Source: an archaeon | GTDB taxonomy: Archaea > Nanobdellota > Nanobdellia > Pacearchaeales > GW2011-AR1 | NCBI GenBank assembly: GCA_018693315.1 | Contig: JABHLR010000004.1 | Coordinates: 34,138-98,137 of the forward strand | Length of the DNA: 64,000 bases | Reading direction: 5' to 3' | Shown: piece after piece, positions 10,301 to 20,100 of the stretch | Layout of the letters: each line of letters opens with the position of its first letter | How positions within the stretch are numbered: the stretch's first letter is position 1 | Translations under genes and position numbers: made by a program | The notes under the pieces: generated by a model | The model's input: the letters and a program-made list of their open reading frames with translations, nothing else | Told to the model about the DNA's origin: nothing | Database searches by the model: none

Positions 10301-10701
10301 TTCTTTCTAAAAGCCCATAAAAGCAACCCCAAAAAGCTAAACGGAATCGCAACAACAATACCAATCACCGAAGCTATATTAGCCTGAATCACGCCAGGAC
10401 CAAGTAAACTCACCGCCAAAAAACCAGCCAAAACATTAATAGTTGAAGAAACCGCATAAACCACAAGGTACTTCGGAATCTGCCCTCTCACCGAACGCCC
10501 TCTCGCAGAAAACGAAACATTCCTATTCATAGAAAAATTAAATATCATAGAAACCAAAACCCCAAAAATTCTAGCAAAAATAAAACTAATCCCTACAAAA
10601 AAGGCCAGATTAAAGAAAGCCAAATCCACAACAGCACTAGCTCCACCAACAAAACAAAACACAATAAATTTCTGATACCCTTTCATATTATTCACCAACA
10701 A
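10297..10701 (-). CDS. GtrA-family membrane protein
   Basis: 134 aa, 4 TM. The FCFVGGASAVVDLAFFNL N-terminus is typical of the GtrA-like family. Confidence 0.7.
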   Translation of the reverse strand: MLVNNMKGYQKFIVFCFVGGASAVVDLAFFNLAFFVGISFIFARIFGVLVSMIFNFSMNRNVSFSARGRSVRGQIPKYLVVYAVSSTINVLAGFLAVSLLGPGVIQANIASVIGIVVAIPFSFLGLLLWAFRKN

Positions 10702-10735
10702 AACAAATTTATATTCTTTACCCTATCACCAATCA

Positions 10736-11926
10736 ATGTTCCAGATAATAATTTCATTTTTCCTAGGCATCCTAGCCGGCACATTCACCGGCCTCGTCCC
10801 AGGAATCCACATAAACCTCGTCGCTATTTTCCTAATTTCTCTAACTTTCATCACATCCCTCCCAACCACAATCCTCCTAGTCTTCATAACAGCAATGGCA
10901 ATCACTCACACATTCATCGACTTCATCCCATCAATTTTTCTCGGCGCTCCAGATGAAGATACAGGCCTTGGAATTTTACCAGGCCACGAACTTCTAATAA
11001 ACGGGCAAGGTCACCAAGCTCTCAAGCTCACACTTCTCGGGTCAACGATCGCAGTAATTTCCCTAATCCTAATCATCCCAATCTTCATAACTTTCATGCC
11101 AACAATTTTCCCATTCCTAAATCGCCTGATGGCATTCTTCCTAATCTGGATTTCAATCTTCCTAATCTATAACGAAAAGGAATCCAAAACAAAAGCGATC
11201 CTAATTTTCATCCTCGCCGGATTCCTCGGGCTCGCGGCTCTAAACCTACCAATCAAACAACCAATGCTTCCTTTGCTAACCGGACTCTTCGGAACCTCAA
11301 CAATAATCCACTCAATAAAATCCAAAACAATTGTCCCCGAACAAAAAATCGAAAGACTCGGCATCTATAAATCAGAACTAATCAAACCAACCCTCGCGAC
11401 AATAATAGTCTCCCCAATCTGCTCATTCTTTCCGGGACTCGGCTCATCTCAAGCAGCAATCATTGGATCCGAAGTCACAGGCAAACTAAATCGTGAACAA
11501 TTCCTAATTCTCCTCGGCTCAGTAAACACAATCATCATGTCAATATCTTTCGTCACACTCTTCCTCTTCCAAAAATCAAGAACCGGCGCAGCATTCGCAA
11601 TCTCACAAATCACAGAATTATCCTCGACAAATCTCACAACAATCATAATTACAATTCTACTCGCAGCAATTATCGCAATCCCACTCTCTATCGCAATCTC
11701 AAAATTCATAGCCAAACGAATCCACAAATTCTCCTACACGAAAATCTCAATCCTAATCCTAATATTCCTAATCGCAATCATAACTTACTTCACCGGAATA
11801 CTTGGGCTAACAACTCTAACAATTGCAACATTATTAGGACTAACCGCCATCGAATTCCAAACCCGCCGAAGCTTCCTCATGGGCGCAATCCTCATCCCCA
11901 CAATAATATTTTATATCCCCTTCTAG
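10736..11926 (+). CDS. polytopic membrane protein, TctA/DUF112-like
   Basis: 396 aa. GLVPGIH and PGLGSSQAAIIGS motifs match the TctA/DUF112 family from memory. TTTATATT box 21 nt before the ATG. Confidence 0.5.
   Translation: MFQIIISFFLGILAGTFTGLVPGIHINLVAIFLISLTFITSLPTTILLVFITAMAITHTFIDFIPSIFLGAPDEDTGLGILPGHELLINGQGHQALKLTLLGSTIAVISLILIIPIFITFMPTIFPFLNRLMAFFLIWISIFLIYNEKESKTKAILIFILAGFLGLAALNLPIKQPMLPLLTGLFGTSTIIHSIKSKTIVPEQKIERLGIYKSELIKPTLATIIVSPICSFFPGLGSSQAAIIGSEVTGKLNREQFLILLGSVNTIIMSISFVTLFLFQKSRTGAAFAISQITELSSTNLTTIIITILLAAIIAIPLSIAISKFIAKRIHKFSYTKISILILIFLIAIITYFTGILGLTTLTIATLLGLTAIEFQTRRSFLMGAILIPTIIFYIPF
11072..11926 (+). repeat. 855-bp direct repeat, copy 1 (3' two-thirds of the DUF112-like gene)
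   Basis: Aligns base for base with 12792..13646, starting at atcatcccaatcttcataactttcatgcc. Roughly 85-90% identity by eye. Confidence 0.9.
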
Positions 11927-11929
11927 AAA

Positions 11930-12736
11930 TCAATCTTCCCCACGAATCTTCTTATTATAATCAAACATAGACCTCAAAAACGCAGGTTCATGCCCAGCTT
12001 TCTTCGAAGCAGCAATAATCGCAGAAATATCTTTTGGCAAACACTTTCCACCAAACCCAGGAGAACCTTCCTTATTTGGAAAAGTATGAGATGGATTAAT
12101 TCTCGGATCCAATAACCACCCCTCCCTCACATCATAATAATCAACATTAAACGCATCACAAATCCTAGCGAACTCCTCACAAAAAATCACCTTCGTAGCC
12201 AAAAAACTATTCTCCATATACTTGATAACTTCAGCCGTAGTCGAATCAACCAAATGAAACTTCACATCAGCCTGAAGAATATCTTTAAACAACTCAACAA
12301 GCCTCCTTCTAACCTCAGGCCTTCCCCCGATAACAAAAAAATTCCTAACATTCAAAGAATTCAATGGATGATTAAGCGTCTCTCCAAAATACTCTGGCGT
12401 AAATAAAATATCCTTCCCAGTCGCATTCTCTAATCTCTCAGTTGTCCCAGGGGAAATCGTACTCTCCAAAACAATCGTCTTCGCATCAATCCTGTTGATT
12501 ACATCTTCAGTAATAGAAACATTACACTCCCCATTTTCGCCCATCGGAGTAGGCACGCAAATAAAAGCAAAATCCAATCCAAACTGGTTCAAATCCTCCA
12601 ACTTCTCCACATCACTTTTTTCACGATCAACATCAAAAGAATACACATCATAACCATTCGACTTAAAAAAATCATAAATCTTATCGCCAACATAGCCACG
12701 GCCAACAACTGCTATTTTTTCATTTTGATTCGCCAT
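11930..12736 (-). CDS. nucleotide-sugar (UDP-glucose/GDP-mannose) dehydrogenase family protein, short form
   Basis: Rossmann N-terminus IAVVGRGYVGDKI and catalytic-Cys region GFGGKCLPKD. At 268 aa it lacks the usual C-terminal domain. Confidence 0.65.
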   Translation of the reverse strand: MANQNEKIAVVGRGYVGDKIYDFFKSNGYDVYSFDVDREKSDVEKLEDLNQFGLDFAFICVPTPMGENGECNVSITEDVINRIDAKTIVLESTISPGTTERLENATGKDILFTPEYFGETLNHPLNSLNVRNFFVIGGRPEVRRRLVELFKDILQADVKFHLVDSTTAEVIKYMENSFLATKVIFCEEFARICDAFNVDYYDVREGWLLDPRINPSHTFPNKEGSPGFGGKCLPKDISAIIAASKKAGHEPAFLRSMFDYNKKIRGED

Positions 12737-12791
12737 GAAATTAAGAAAACTCTCTCTCTTTTAAGCCTTTGTGTAATAAAACATACACATT

Positions 12792-13646
12792 ATCATCCCA
12801 ATCTTCATAACTTTCATGCCAACAATCTTCCCATTCCTCCAACGAATGATGGCATTCTTCCTAATCTGGATATCAATCTTCCTAATATACAACGAAAAAG
12901 AATCCAAAACAAAAGCAATTCTAATTTTCATCATGGCAGGCTTCTTAGGGCTTGCGGCTCTCAACCTACCAATAAAACAGCCAATGCTACCATTACTAAC
13001 CGGCCTCTTCGGAACATCAACAATCATCCACTCAATAAAATCAAGAACAATAATCCCTGAACAAAAAATAGAAAAACTAAACCTAAAAAAATCAGAACTA
13101 ATCAAACCAACTCTCGCAACAATAATCGTCTCACCAATCTGTTCATTCTTTCCAGGACTCGGTTCAAGCCAAGCAGCAATCATCGGCTCCGAAGTCACAG
13201 GCAAACTAAACCGCGAACAATTCCTAATCCTCCTCGGCTCAGTCAACACAATCATCATGTCAGTCTCATTCGTCACACTCTTCCTCTTCCAAAAGTCAAG
13301 AACTGGCGCTGCTTTCGCAATCTCACAAATCACCGGGCTTTCCTCGGGTAACTTAATAACAATCCTAATAACAATCTTACTCTCAGCAATCATAGCAATT
13401 CCAATTTCGCTATCCATATCAAAGTTCATAGCCAAACGAATCCACAAAATATCCTACACAAAAATCTCAATTCTAATCCTAATCTTCCTAGTCTCAATCA
13501 TAACCTACTTCACCGATGCACTTGGATTAATAATCCTAGTTACTGCAACACTATTAGGACTAACCGCCATCGAATTCCAAACAAGAAGAAGTTTCTTAAT
13601 GGGCGCAATCCTCATCCCCACAATAATATTCTACCTACCGATTTAA
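12792..13646 (+). repeat. 855-bp direct repeat, copy 2
   Basis: Second copy of 11072..11926, 1720 bp downstream. The two copies bracket the oppositely oriented dehydrogenase gene. Confidence 0.9.
12816..13646 (+). CDS. N-terminally truncated paralogue of the DUF112-like membrane protein (possibly a pseudogene)
   Basis: 276-aa ORF about 90% identical in protein to residues about 121-396 of the 10736..11926 product. It starts at the internal MPTIFPFL methionine. No phased TATA box was seen upstream. Confidence 0.55.
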   Translation: MPTIFPFLQRMMAFFLIWISIFLIYNEKESKTKAILIFIMAGFLGLAALNLPIKQPMLPLLTGLFGTSTIIHSIKSRTIIPEQKIEKLNLKKSELIKPTLATIIVSPICSFFPGLGSSQAAIIGSEVTGKLNREQFLILLGSVNTIIMSVSFVTLFLFQKSRTGAAFAISQITGLSSGNLITILITILLSAIIAIPISLSISKFIAKRIHKISYTKISILILIFLVSIITYFTDALGLIILVTATLLGLTAIEFQTRRSFLMGAILIPTIIFYLPI

Positions 13647-13677
13647 AAGAATAACAACAATTCTAACTAAAATATTC

Positions 13678-16272
13678 TCAAACAAATGCTAGAGAAATAT
13701 CAGAATAATGTGAATCATACCAAACTAACTTATTCTTATAAACAGAAGGATTTTTTTGTTTATATTGGTCAGTTGTCATTCTTATTTTTTGGTCTTCACT
13801 CAAGCATCCGCCACCCTGACCATTTAAACTCAATCTACACATATAAATATCCGTATTATAACTCACACTGTCACTCCAGAAAATATTATCTCCATAGATT
13901 TTGGGATATGTTGCCACAGTCCCCTTAATGGTTGCAACTTTTATTTTCTCGTCAGCGTTCAGACAACCTCCATTTTGGCCATTTAAACTCAAATTGCAAA
14001 ATTTAACACTATCATAACGAACACTACTAGCAGAATCAAGATAAAACTCCTGCCACAGAATAACATTATCAAAAATATAGGCACGATTTTGTCGAGGAAA
14101 ATCCGAAGTGAGACGTGTTTTTTTATCAAAACTCGCACATCCACCATCCTGGCCATTGAGGCTAAGATCACACATAATAATCTCAGAATTGGAATCAAGA
14201 AGTTCAGTCCAAACCAAAACATCCTCAAATACAGAAAGGGATTCCCTATAAGGGCTATCAATTGTAACCCGCGAATGAGTATCAGTTTTCAAACACCCTC
14301 CGTGTTGACCATTAAGCCACAAATCACAAGTATAAACATCATATTTAGAACGCCTATTATGAATCCATGCAATCCTATTCCCGTAAATTACAGGAGGCAA
14401 TTCGTTTTCATAATCTCCCGCAATCATAGTTTTATTATCTTCCTCCAAGCATCCCCCAGATTGGCCATTGAGGCTAAGGTCGCACATATAGATATCTGAT
14501 CCCCTGCCAGCATTCTTATTGCGATAATCGCGCCACACAATTATATCCTCAAATACTTTTGGAGAATCCTGAATAGATTCCTCGGTAGTAACTCTCGTTT
14601 TATCATCATCCTTCAAGCATCCCCCAGATTGGCCATTGAGGCTAAGGTCGCACATATAAATATCGGTTCCCTGGCTATTAGATCTTGACCAAACAATCTT
14701 CTCCCCATAAACACTGACACCGCTATCAGAATCTTGATGGGAAGATGTAACCTCAATATAACAATCAGCTTCACAATTAAAGAATGTTTCAGTGAATTCA
14801 CAAACACCATCTCCACAAATCGCCGCCTCAACACAGGCCCCGTCAACACACCCATTTTCACACACATGAATATCACTTTGCGCATAATCAGATAGATTAG
14901 AATAACAACTATATTCTACTAATATACTATCATTCTCTTCTTCGCAATAATCGGTAGACTGATAACCCTTCCCAGCACCAGTAACAGTTCCTCGAACAGA
15001 ATAATCAACTCCCCAGTCAGTATCAATACACAAAGAATCTGGCTGCGTAGAAAGACATCTTCCGTCATCACAAACCATATGTATACCATAATCCGTACAA
15101 GGAGAACCACCATTATGCATTGAAGCAATTCCCACGCTCCCATCAGCATTACAAAGATATTCAACTATAGAGCTTCCATTGCAATAATCAATATATGAAG
15201 TAAAATTATGTTGGACTGTCCCTTTTATGCTAATATCAATTCCCCCATCACTATCACTACATATCACTGTGACATTCGGTTCAACATCTCCAACACAAGC
15301 ATCATTAACACACCCATTAGGGCAATCATAAACTCGTCCGCCAGCCATACCATCAACATAACAAAATCTCTCCTCCAGTGTTATGTTGCTTCTACAATAA
15401 TCATGAGCAGTAGAACTTCCCCTCAAATTAATAGTTTTTCCCTTCACTGCAAAATTAACCCCACCGTCCGTATCATTACAAACATCTCCATCATCTCTAC
15501 AAACACTACCCTTATCCATGTGCCAATTAACCGAATCAAGATCTGACCTATCAACCCTTCCATCACGATTTGCATCCCCTATACTAAATGTAGCATTCAT
15601 TACTCCCATGTTTGCTTCAACAATACCAACATCTGTAGCATCAACAACACAATCTCCATTAATATCTCCCCAAATAAATAATGCCCCATTCTCATCAACC
15701 CCATTAACCTCTCCACCAGCATCTATATTAGCCGCCGCAATCTTCCTCATCTCATCAACAGAATTAAAAATCTCTCCACTAGGATCAACTTTCCCAACAT
15801 CCAAACCAGAAACACCATAAACAGAATTCCCAGTAATAGGTGCAATCACATTTGGCGCAAGAATAATCTGTGGCATATCCTCCAATTCAACAACCGGGAA
15901 AACATCAACAGACTCAGGCTCACCATAAACACTCAAATTAAACTTAATCAACTTATGTGTACCCGGCGCAGGAACAGACCCCGCAGGAACCAAAAATTCA
16001 ACCGAAGTTCCATTCACAACAAAAACAACCTTAATCCCAAAAAGCTCAACCTCGTCATCCCCCCTCTTTACCTGAACACTCGCAAGCCCATTACTAGAAT
16101 CATAAACAGTATAGCCCTCTGCCTCCATAATTGTCAAATCAACATCACTCGCATCTAAACCAAAATCAGAAACCATCGGAACAACAAAACTCCAAACAAG
16201 CGAAACACCGATGACAACAATCAAAATAATAAGAACAGTCGCAACAATACTACTCATCGCCTTCTTTTTCAT
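13678..16272 (-). CDS. large secreted surface protein: pilin-type signal, dockerin-like repeats, Cys-rich modules, 6-7 blade repeat region
   Basis: ORF 13678..16287 (-). MKKKA/MSSIVATVLIILIVVIGVSLVW class III signal. GDINGDCVVDATDV and GDANRDGRVDRSDLD dockerin-like pair. Repeated CxDSDGG / YCxxx Cys modules. C-terminal repeats contain (D/E)IYMCDLSLNGQSGGCL. Confidence 0.7.
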   Translation of the reverse strand: MKKKAMSSIVATVLIILIVVIGVSLVWSFVVPMVSDFGLDASDVDLTIMEAEGYTVYDSSNGLASVQVKRGDDEVELFGIKVVFVVNGTSVEFLVPAGSVPAPGTHKLIKFNLSVYGEPESVDVFPVVELEDMPQIILAPNVIAPITGNSVYGVSGLDVGKVDPSGEIFNSVDEMRKIAAANIDAGGEVNGVDENGALFIWGDINGDCVVDATDVGIVEANMGVMNATFSIGDANRDGRVDRSDLDSVNWHMDKGSVCRDDGDVCNDTDGGVNFAVKGKTINLRGSSTAHDYCRSNITLEERFCYVDGMAGGRVYDCPNGCVNDACVGDVEPNVTVICSDSDGGIDISIKGTVQHNFTSYIDYCNGSSIVEYLCNADGSVGIASMHNGGSPCTDYGIHMVCDDGRCLSTQPDSLCIDTDWGVDYSVRGTVTGAGKGYQSTDYCEEENDSILVEYSCYSNLSDYAQSDIHVCENGCVDGACVEAAICGDGVCEFTETFFNCEADCYIEVTSSHQDSDSGVSVYGEKIVWSRSNSQGTDIYMCDLSLNGQSGGCLKDDDKTRVTTEESIQDSPKVFEDIIVWRDYRNKNAGRGSDIYMCDLSLNGQSGGCLEEDNKTMIAGDYENELPPVIYGNRIAWIHNRRSKYDVYTCDLWLNGQHGGCLKTDTHSRVTIDSPYRESLSVFEDVLVWTELLDSNSEIIMCDLSLNGQDGGCASFDKKTRLTSDFPRQNRAYIFDNVILWQEFYLDSASSVRYDSVKFCNLSLNGQNGGCLNADEKIKVATIKGTVATYPKIYGDNIFWSDSVSYNTDIYMCRLSLNGQGGGCLSEDQKIRMTTDQYKQKNPSVYKNKLVWYDSHYSDISLAFV

Positions 16273-16346
16273 ACTAATTCTATACAATTAATTCTATTTA
16301 AACATTTCCCTAAAAAACTTTATAAACTCAAAAGATAAATATCAAT

Positions 16347-16517
16347 ATGACAAAAGAATCAATCTTCCTCGGTATCGCAGGAATCGTCATCGGTATCGCA
16401 ATATATATTAAGACACAATCCTTCTTACCAGCACTAGTCCCAACAATAATCGGACTCGCATTAATATTCTTCGCCAACGAAGAAAATAAAATCGAAAAGA
16501 GGAACGATCGAAAATGA
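16347..16517 (+). CDS. small membrane protein (56 aa; below the ORF-track cutoff)
   Basis: Hand translation: MTKESIFLGIAGIVIGIAIYIKTQSFLPALVPTIIGLALIFFANEENKIEKRNDRK. TTTATAAA box (16319..16326) 21 nt before the ATG. ATGA overlap with the ybjQ-like gene. Confidence 0.5.
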   Translation: MTKESIFLGIAGIVIGIAIYIKTQSFLPALVPTIIGLALIFFANEENKIEKRNDRK

Positions 16518-16840
16518 AAAAGGAAATAATCACAACCACAACAATGGATATCCCTGGAAAGAAAGTAGCTAAAATTCTAGGAATCGCAAAAGGGAACACA
16601 ATTCGGGCACGACACGTCGGACGAGACATCCTAGCAGGATTCAAAAATCTAGTAGGTGGGGAAATCAAATCCTACACCCACATGACAACCCAATCTCGAG
16701 AAGAGGCATTTAACCGAATGGTAAACGAAGCACTAGATATGAAAGCCGACGCAATAATCGGAATCCGATACGCAACTTCTATGATAATGCAAGGTGCTGC
16801 CGAAATGCTAGTCTACGGAACCGCAGTCAAACTAAAATAA
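16514..16840 (+). CDS. YbjQ/UPF0145 family protein
   Basis: 108 aa. TTTTMDIPGKKV..GNTIRARHVGRDILAGFKNLVGGEI..EAFNRMVNEA..ADAIIGIRY matches the YbjQ_1 family pattern. Confidence 0.8.
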   Translation: MKKEIITTTTMDIPGKKVAKILGIAKGNTIRARHVGRDILAGFKNLVGGEIKSYTHMTTQSREEAFNRMVNEALDMKADAIIGIRYATSMIMQGAAEMLVYGTAVKLK

Positions 16841-16869
16841 AAGCAAAGTTTCGTAATGATATATTTCCA

Positions 16870-16905
16870 ATGTTTCTTCACGGCACAGCTGTCAAGTTAA
16901 AATAA
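16870..16905 (+). pseudogene. 3'-terminal stub of a lost ybjQ paralogue
   Basis: atgtttcttcacggcacagctgtcaagttaaaataa encodes MFLHGTAVKLK*. The intact gene ends MLVYGTAVKLK*. Differences in the shared GTAVKLK part are all synonymous. Confidence 0.5.
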
Positions 16906-16953
16906 AGCTTCATAGTAAAACTAAAATAATTCTAAATCAAGAAATTAAGTTCT

Positions 16954-17109
16954 CTAAAGTAACCAAAATAAAAGACCCACAACGACGACGACCGCCACTG
17001 CAATCCCTACCCAAAGCCACATCTTAGAACCACTCTTTTTTTCAGCCGGAACCTCAACTGCAGTCGGAGCCGCAGCCTCAGGAGCCATTTGTGTTTCAAC
17101 CTCTGCCAT
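16954..17109 (-). CDS. small tail-anchored membrane protein (51 aa; below the ORF-track cutoff)
   Basis: Hand translation: MAEVETQMAPEAAAPTAVEVPAEKKSGSKMWLWVGIAVAVVVVVGLLFWLL. The minus-strand box TTTAAATA (17131..17138) ends 22 nt before the ATG. Confidence 0.45.
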   Translation of the reverse strand: MAEVETQMAPEAAAPTAVEVPAEKKSGSKMWLWVGIAVAVVVVVGLLFWLL

Positions 17110-17139
17110 AAAAAACATAACAAAACCAATTATTTAAAC

Positions 17140-20100
17140 CTACTCTCTCTCATCATCAACAGGCTTACAAACCATAATATTCTTCGCAATAAACGCATCC
17201 CCAAATTCCTCATTCTTCTTAAATTTCCCACTAATCCTGATCCCATCCCCCTCCTTAACCGGCGCCTCTCTCAAGCACTCATTATAATCCCTCGGGAAAA
17301 CCGTCACCTTCAAATCTCCATCACGAGAACCAATATCCATAAACGCCATATCATCCCCATTCTTCGTCACAATATTACTAACTCTCTTAACCAAACCAAA
17401 AACCTCAGCCTCCATATCATCCTTCAAACTACTATAAGGTGTGAAATCCCCATTCTTAGATTCGGCAAAAGCATCAGTCGCATGCCCCGAAACGCAAACC
17501 CCCAAAAGCTCCTCTTCCAAACTCAACTTATCCTTCATCTTCATTGGCGGCAAATCCGGATACTCAACAACATCAGCAAATCCCTCCCCAAACAATGTCT
17601 TCTGCCTCTCCGTAGAATTAACCGAAGGCGTCACCCTATCATAAACCTCCAACAAACTCGCACGATTGATCCCAAGCTCATCAAAAGCCCCAACAGAAAT
17701 CAACGAATGACAAACTCTCTTATTCACCTTCGACAAATCAACCCTATTCACAAAATCCTGATATGAATTATACGGCCGTTTCTCCATAATCTTAACCATA
17801 GCCTCACCACCAACATTTTTTACTCCACTCAAACCAACCCTAATAACCTTCTCACCATCAACCTCAACAACACCGAAATCCTCTCCAGATGTATTAATAT
17901 CAGGATGTAAAATTTTAATCCCTTCCTGCCTTGCCGATTCCAAATAAAACGCCAACTTATCAGGATCCCTAGTCGCCGACGAAATAGTCGCAGCAAAAAA
18001 CTCAACAGGATAATATTTTTTCAAATAAGCCGTCCTATAACTAATCAAAGCATAGGCAGCCGCATGAGATTTATTAAAAGAATACTCAGCAAACTTCACA
18101 ATATCATCCCACAACTTATCAACCTTAACCGGATCCATCCCAGAATGCTCAACACAACCCTCCTTAAACTGAACCTCCATCTTATTCATCAAATCAATCT
18201 TCTTCTTACCAATCGCCTTCCTCAAAACATCAGAATCACCCCGTGTAAAACCAGCCAAAGCCCTAGCCAGCAACATAACCTGCTCCTGATAAACCATAAT
18301 TCCATAGGTCGGCGCCAAAATCTTCTTAACTTTTTCATGCGGATAACTAGCCTCATCCTTCCCATGCTTCCTATTCGCATAAACCTCCAAATACTGCATC
18401 GGCCCAGGACGATACAAAGCAACAATCGCAATAATATCATCAAAACAAGTCGGCTGCACATTCCGCAACGTCTTTCTCATCCCCTCACTCTCAACCTGAA
18501 AAACCCCAATACTCTTAGCCTCACGCAACATCTCATAAACGGCATCATCATCCATCGTAATATTTTCCAACCAATCACCATCTTTCCCGATCATATTCAA
18601 AACATTCTTAATCACATTCAAAGTCTCCACTCCCAAAAAATCAAACTTAACCAAACCATAAGTCTCAACATCACCACCCTCAACTTGCGTAATCACATCA
18701 CCCTTCTTCGCATAAGTCGGAATATATTCACTAATCCCCTCCCTTCCCCAAACAACCCCACAAGCATGAACACCCTTATGTCGAACACAACCCTCAAGTC
18801 TCTCCGCAACCTCAAAAATTTTCTCGTGCTTCCTCTTAAAGTTTTGAAGCTTGGCGGCATCATCTTTCAAGTCACCTTCTTTTATTGTTCCGTCTTCGTT
18901 CTCTATTCTTAATCTAGCATTCAAACTCTTTTGAATCGTCTTCTCCGTAACCAACTTCGTAATCGCATTCGCCTCATCAAACGGAATTCTAAAAACTCTC
19001 ATCACATCCTTCAAAACAGCCTTCGCTTTCATTGTCCCAAAAGTCCCGATCATCGCAACCTTATCCTCCCCATATTTCTTTCGAACATAATCTATAATCG
19101 CGCCCTTATCCCCAAAATCAATATCAAGATCGGGCAACGAAATTCTATCGGGATTCAAAAATCTCTCAAACAACAAATCCAAAGCCAACGGATCCAACTG
19201 GCTAATCCCTAAAGAATAAGCAACAATAGATCCAGCACCAGAACCACGAACAGCCCGCTCAACATTCAACCTCTTAGCCTCTTTCATAAAATCCCACACA
19301 ATCAAAAAATAAGTCTCAAAACCCATATTACCAATCACCTTCAATTCAAAATTCATCCGCTCAATCGCATCGTCATAACTACTCTTCCCTTTGTATCTCT
19401 CATCCAAACCGGCCTTACATAACTGATACAAATAATCCTTATGGCTCATATCATCTGGCGTATCAAAATGCGGGAAAATCGTCTCGCTCATATCTAACTC
19501 AACATTGCATCTCTCCGCAATCTCCGTCGACAAATCAACAAACTCGGGATTATCCGGAAAGGTATTTTTCATCTCCTCCTCGCTCTTAACCCAATATCCA
19601 CTCCCATCAAACTTAAACCGATTCTCGTTCGCCATATCTCCATTCGTTTGAATCGCCAACAAGACCTCATGTGAATAAGCATCCTCTTCCTTCAAAAAAT
19701 GAGAATCGCAAGTCGCCACAATTTTCAATCCCATCTCCGAACCAACCCTCTTATAAAAATCAATAACCTTCGCCTCCTCAGGAATCCCATGGTCCTGAAC
19801 CTCCAAATAATAATTCTCCTTCCCAAAAATATCAACATACTCCTCAATCAATTTCCTCGCCCTTTCCTCGTCATCATTAATCACAGCCTGCGCAACATCA
19901 TTCCCAATACAGGCACTCATACAAATCAATCCCTTCGAATATTTCCTCAAAGTCTCCTTATCCAAACGAGCTCTGTAGTAAAACCCCTCACCATTCGCAA
20001 TCGAAACCAACCTCACCAAGTTTTTATATCCCTCCAAATCCTTCGCCAACAAAATCAAATGATAATTCCGGTCATCCTTGTTCTTCTCTTTGATATCATT

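Noticed and set aside
12792-13646. The 855-bp repeat as an assembly duplication.
   Set aside because: The copies differ at roughly 10-15% of positions, so they are not a collapsed or duplicated identical repeat.
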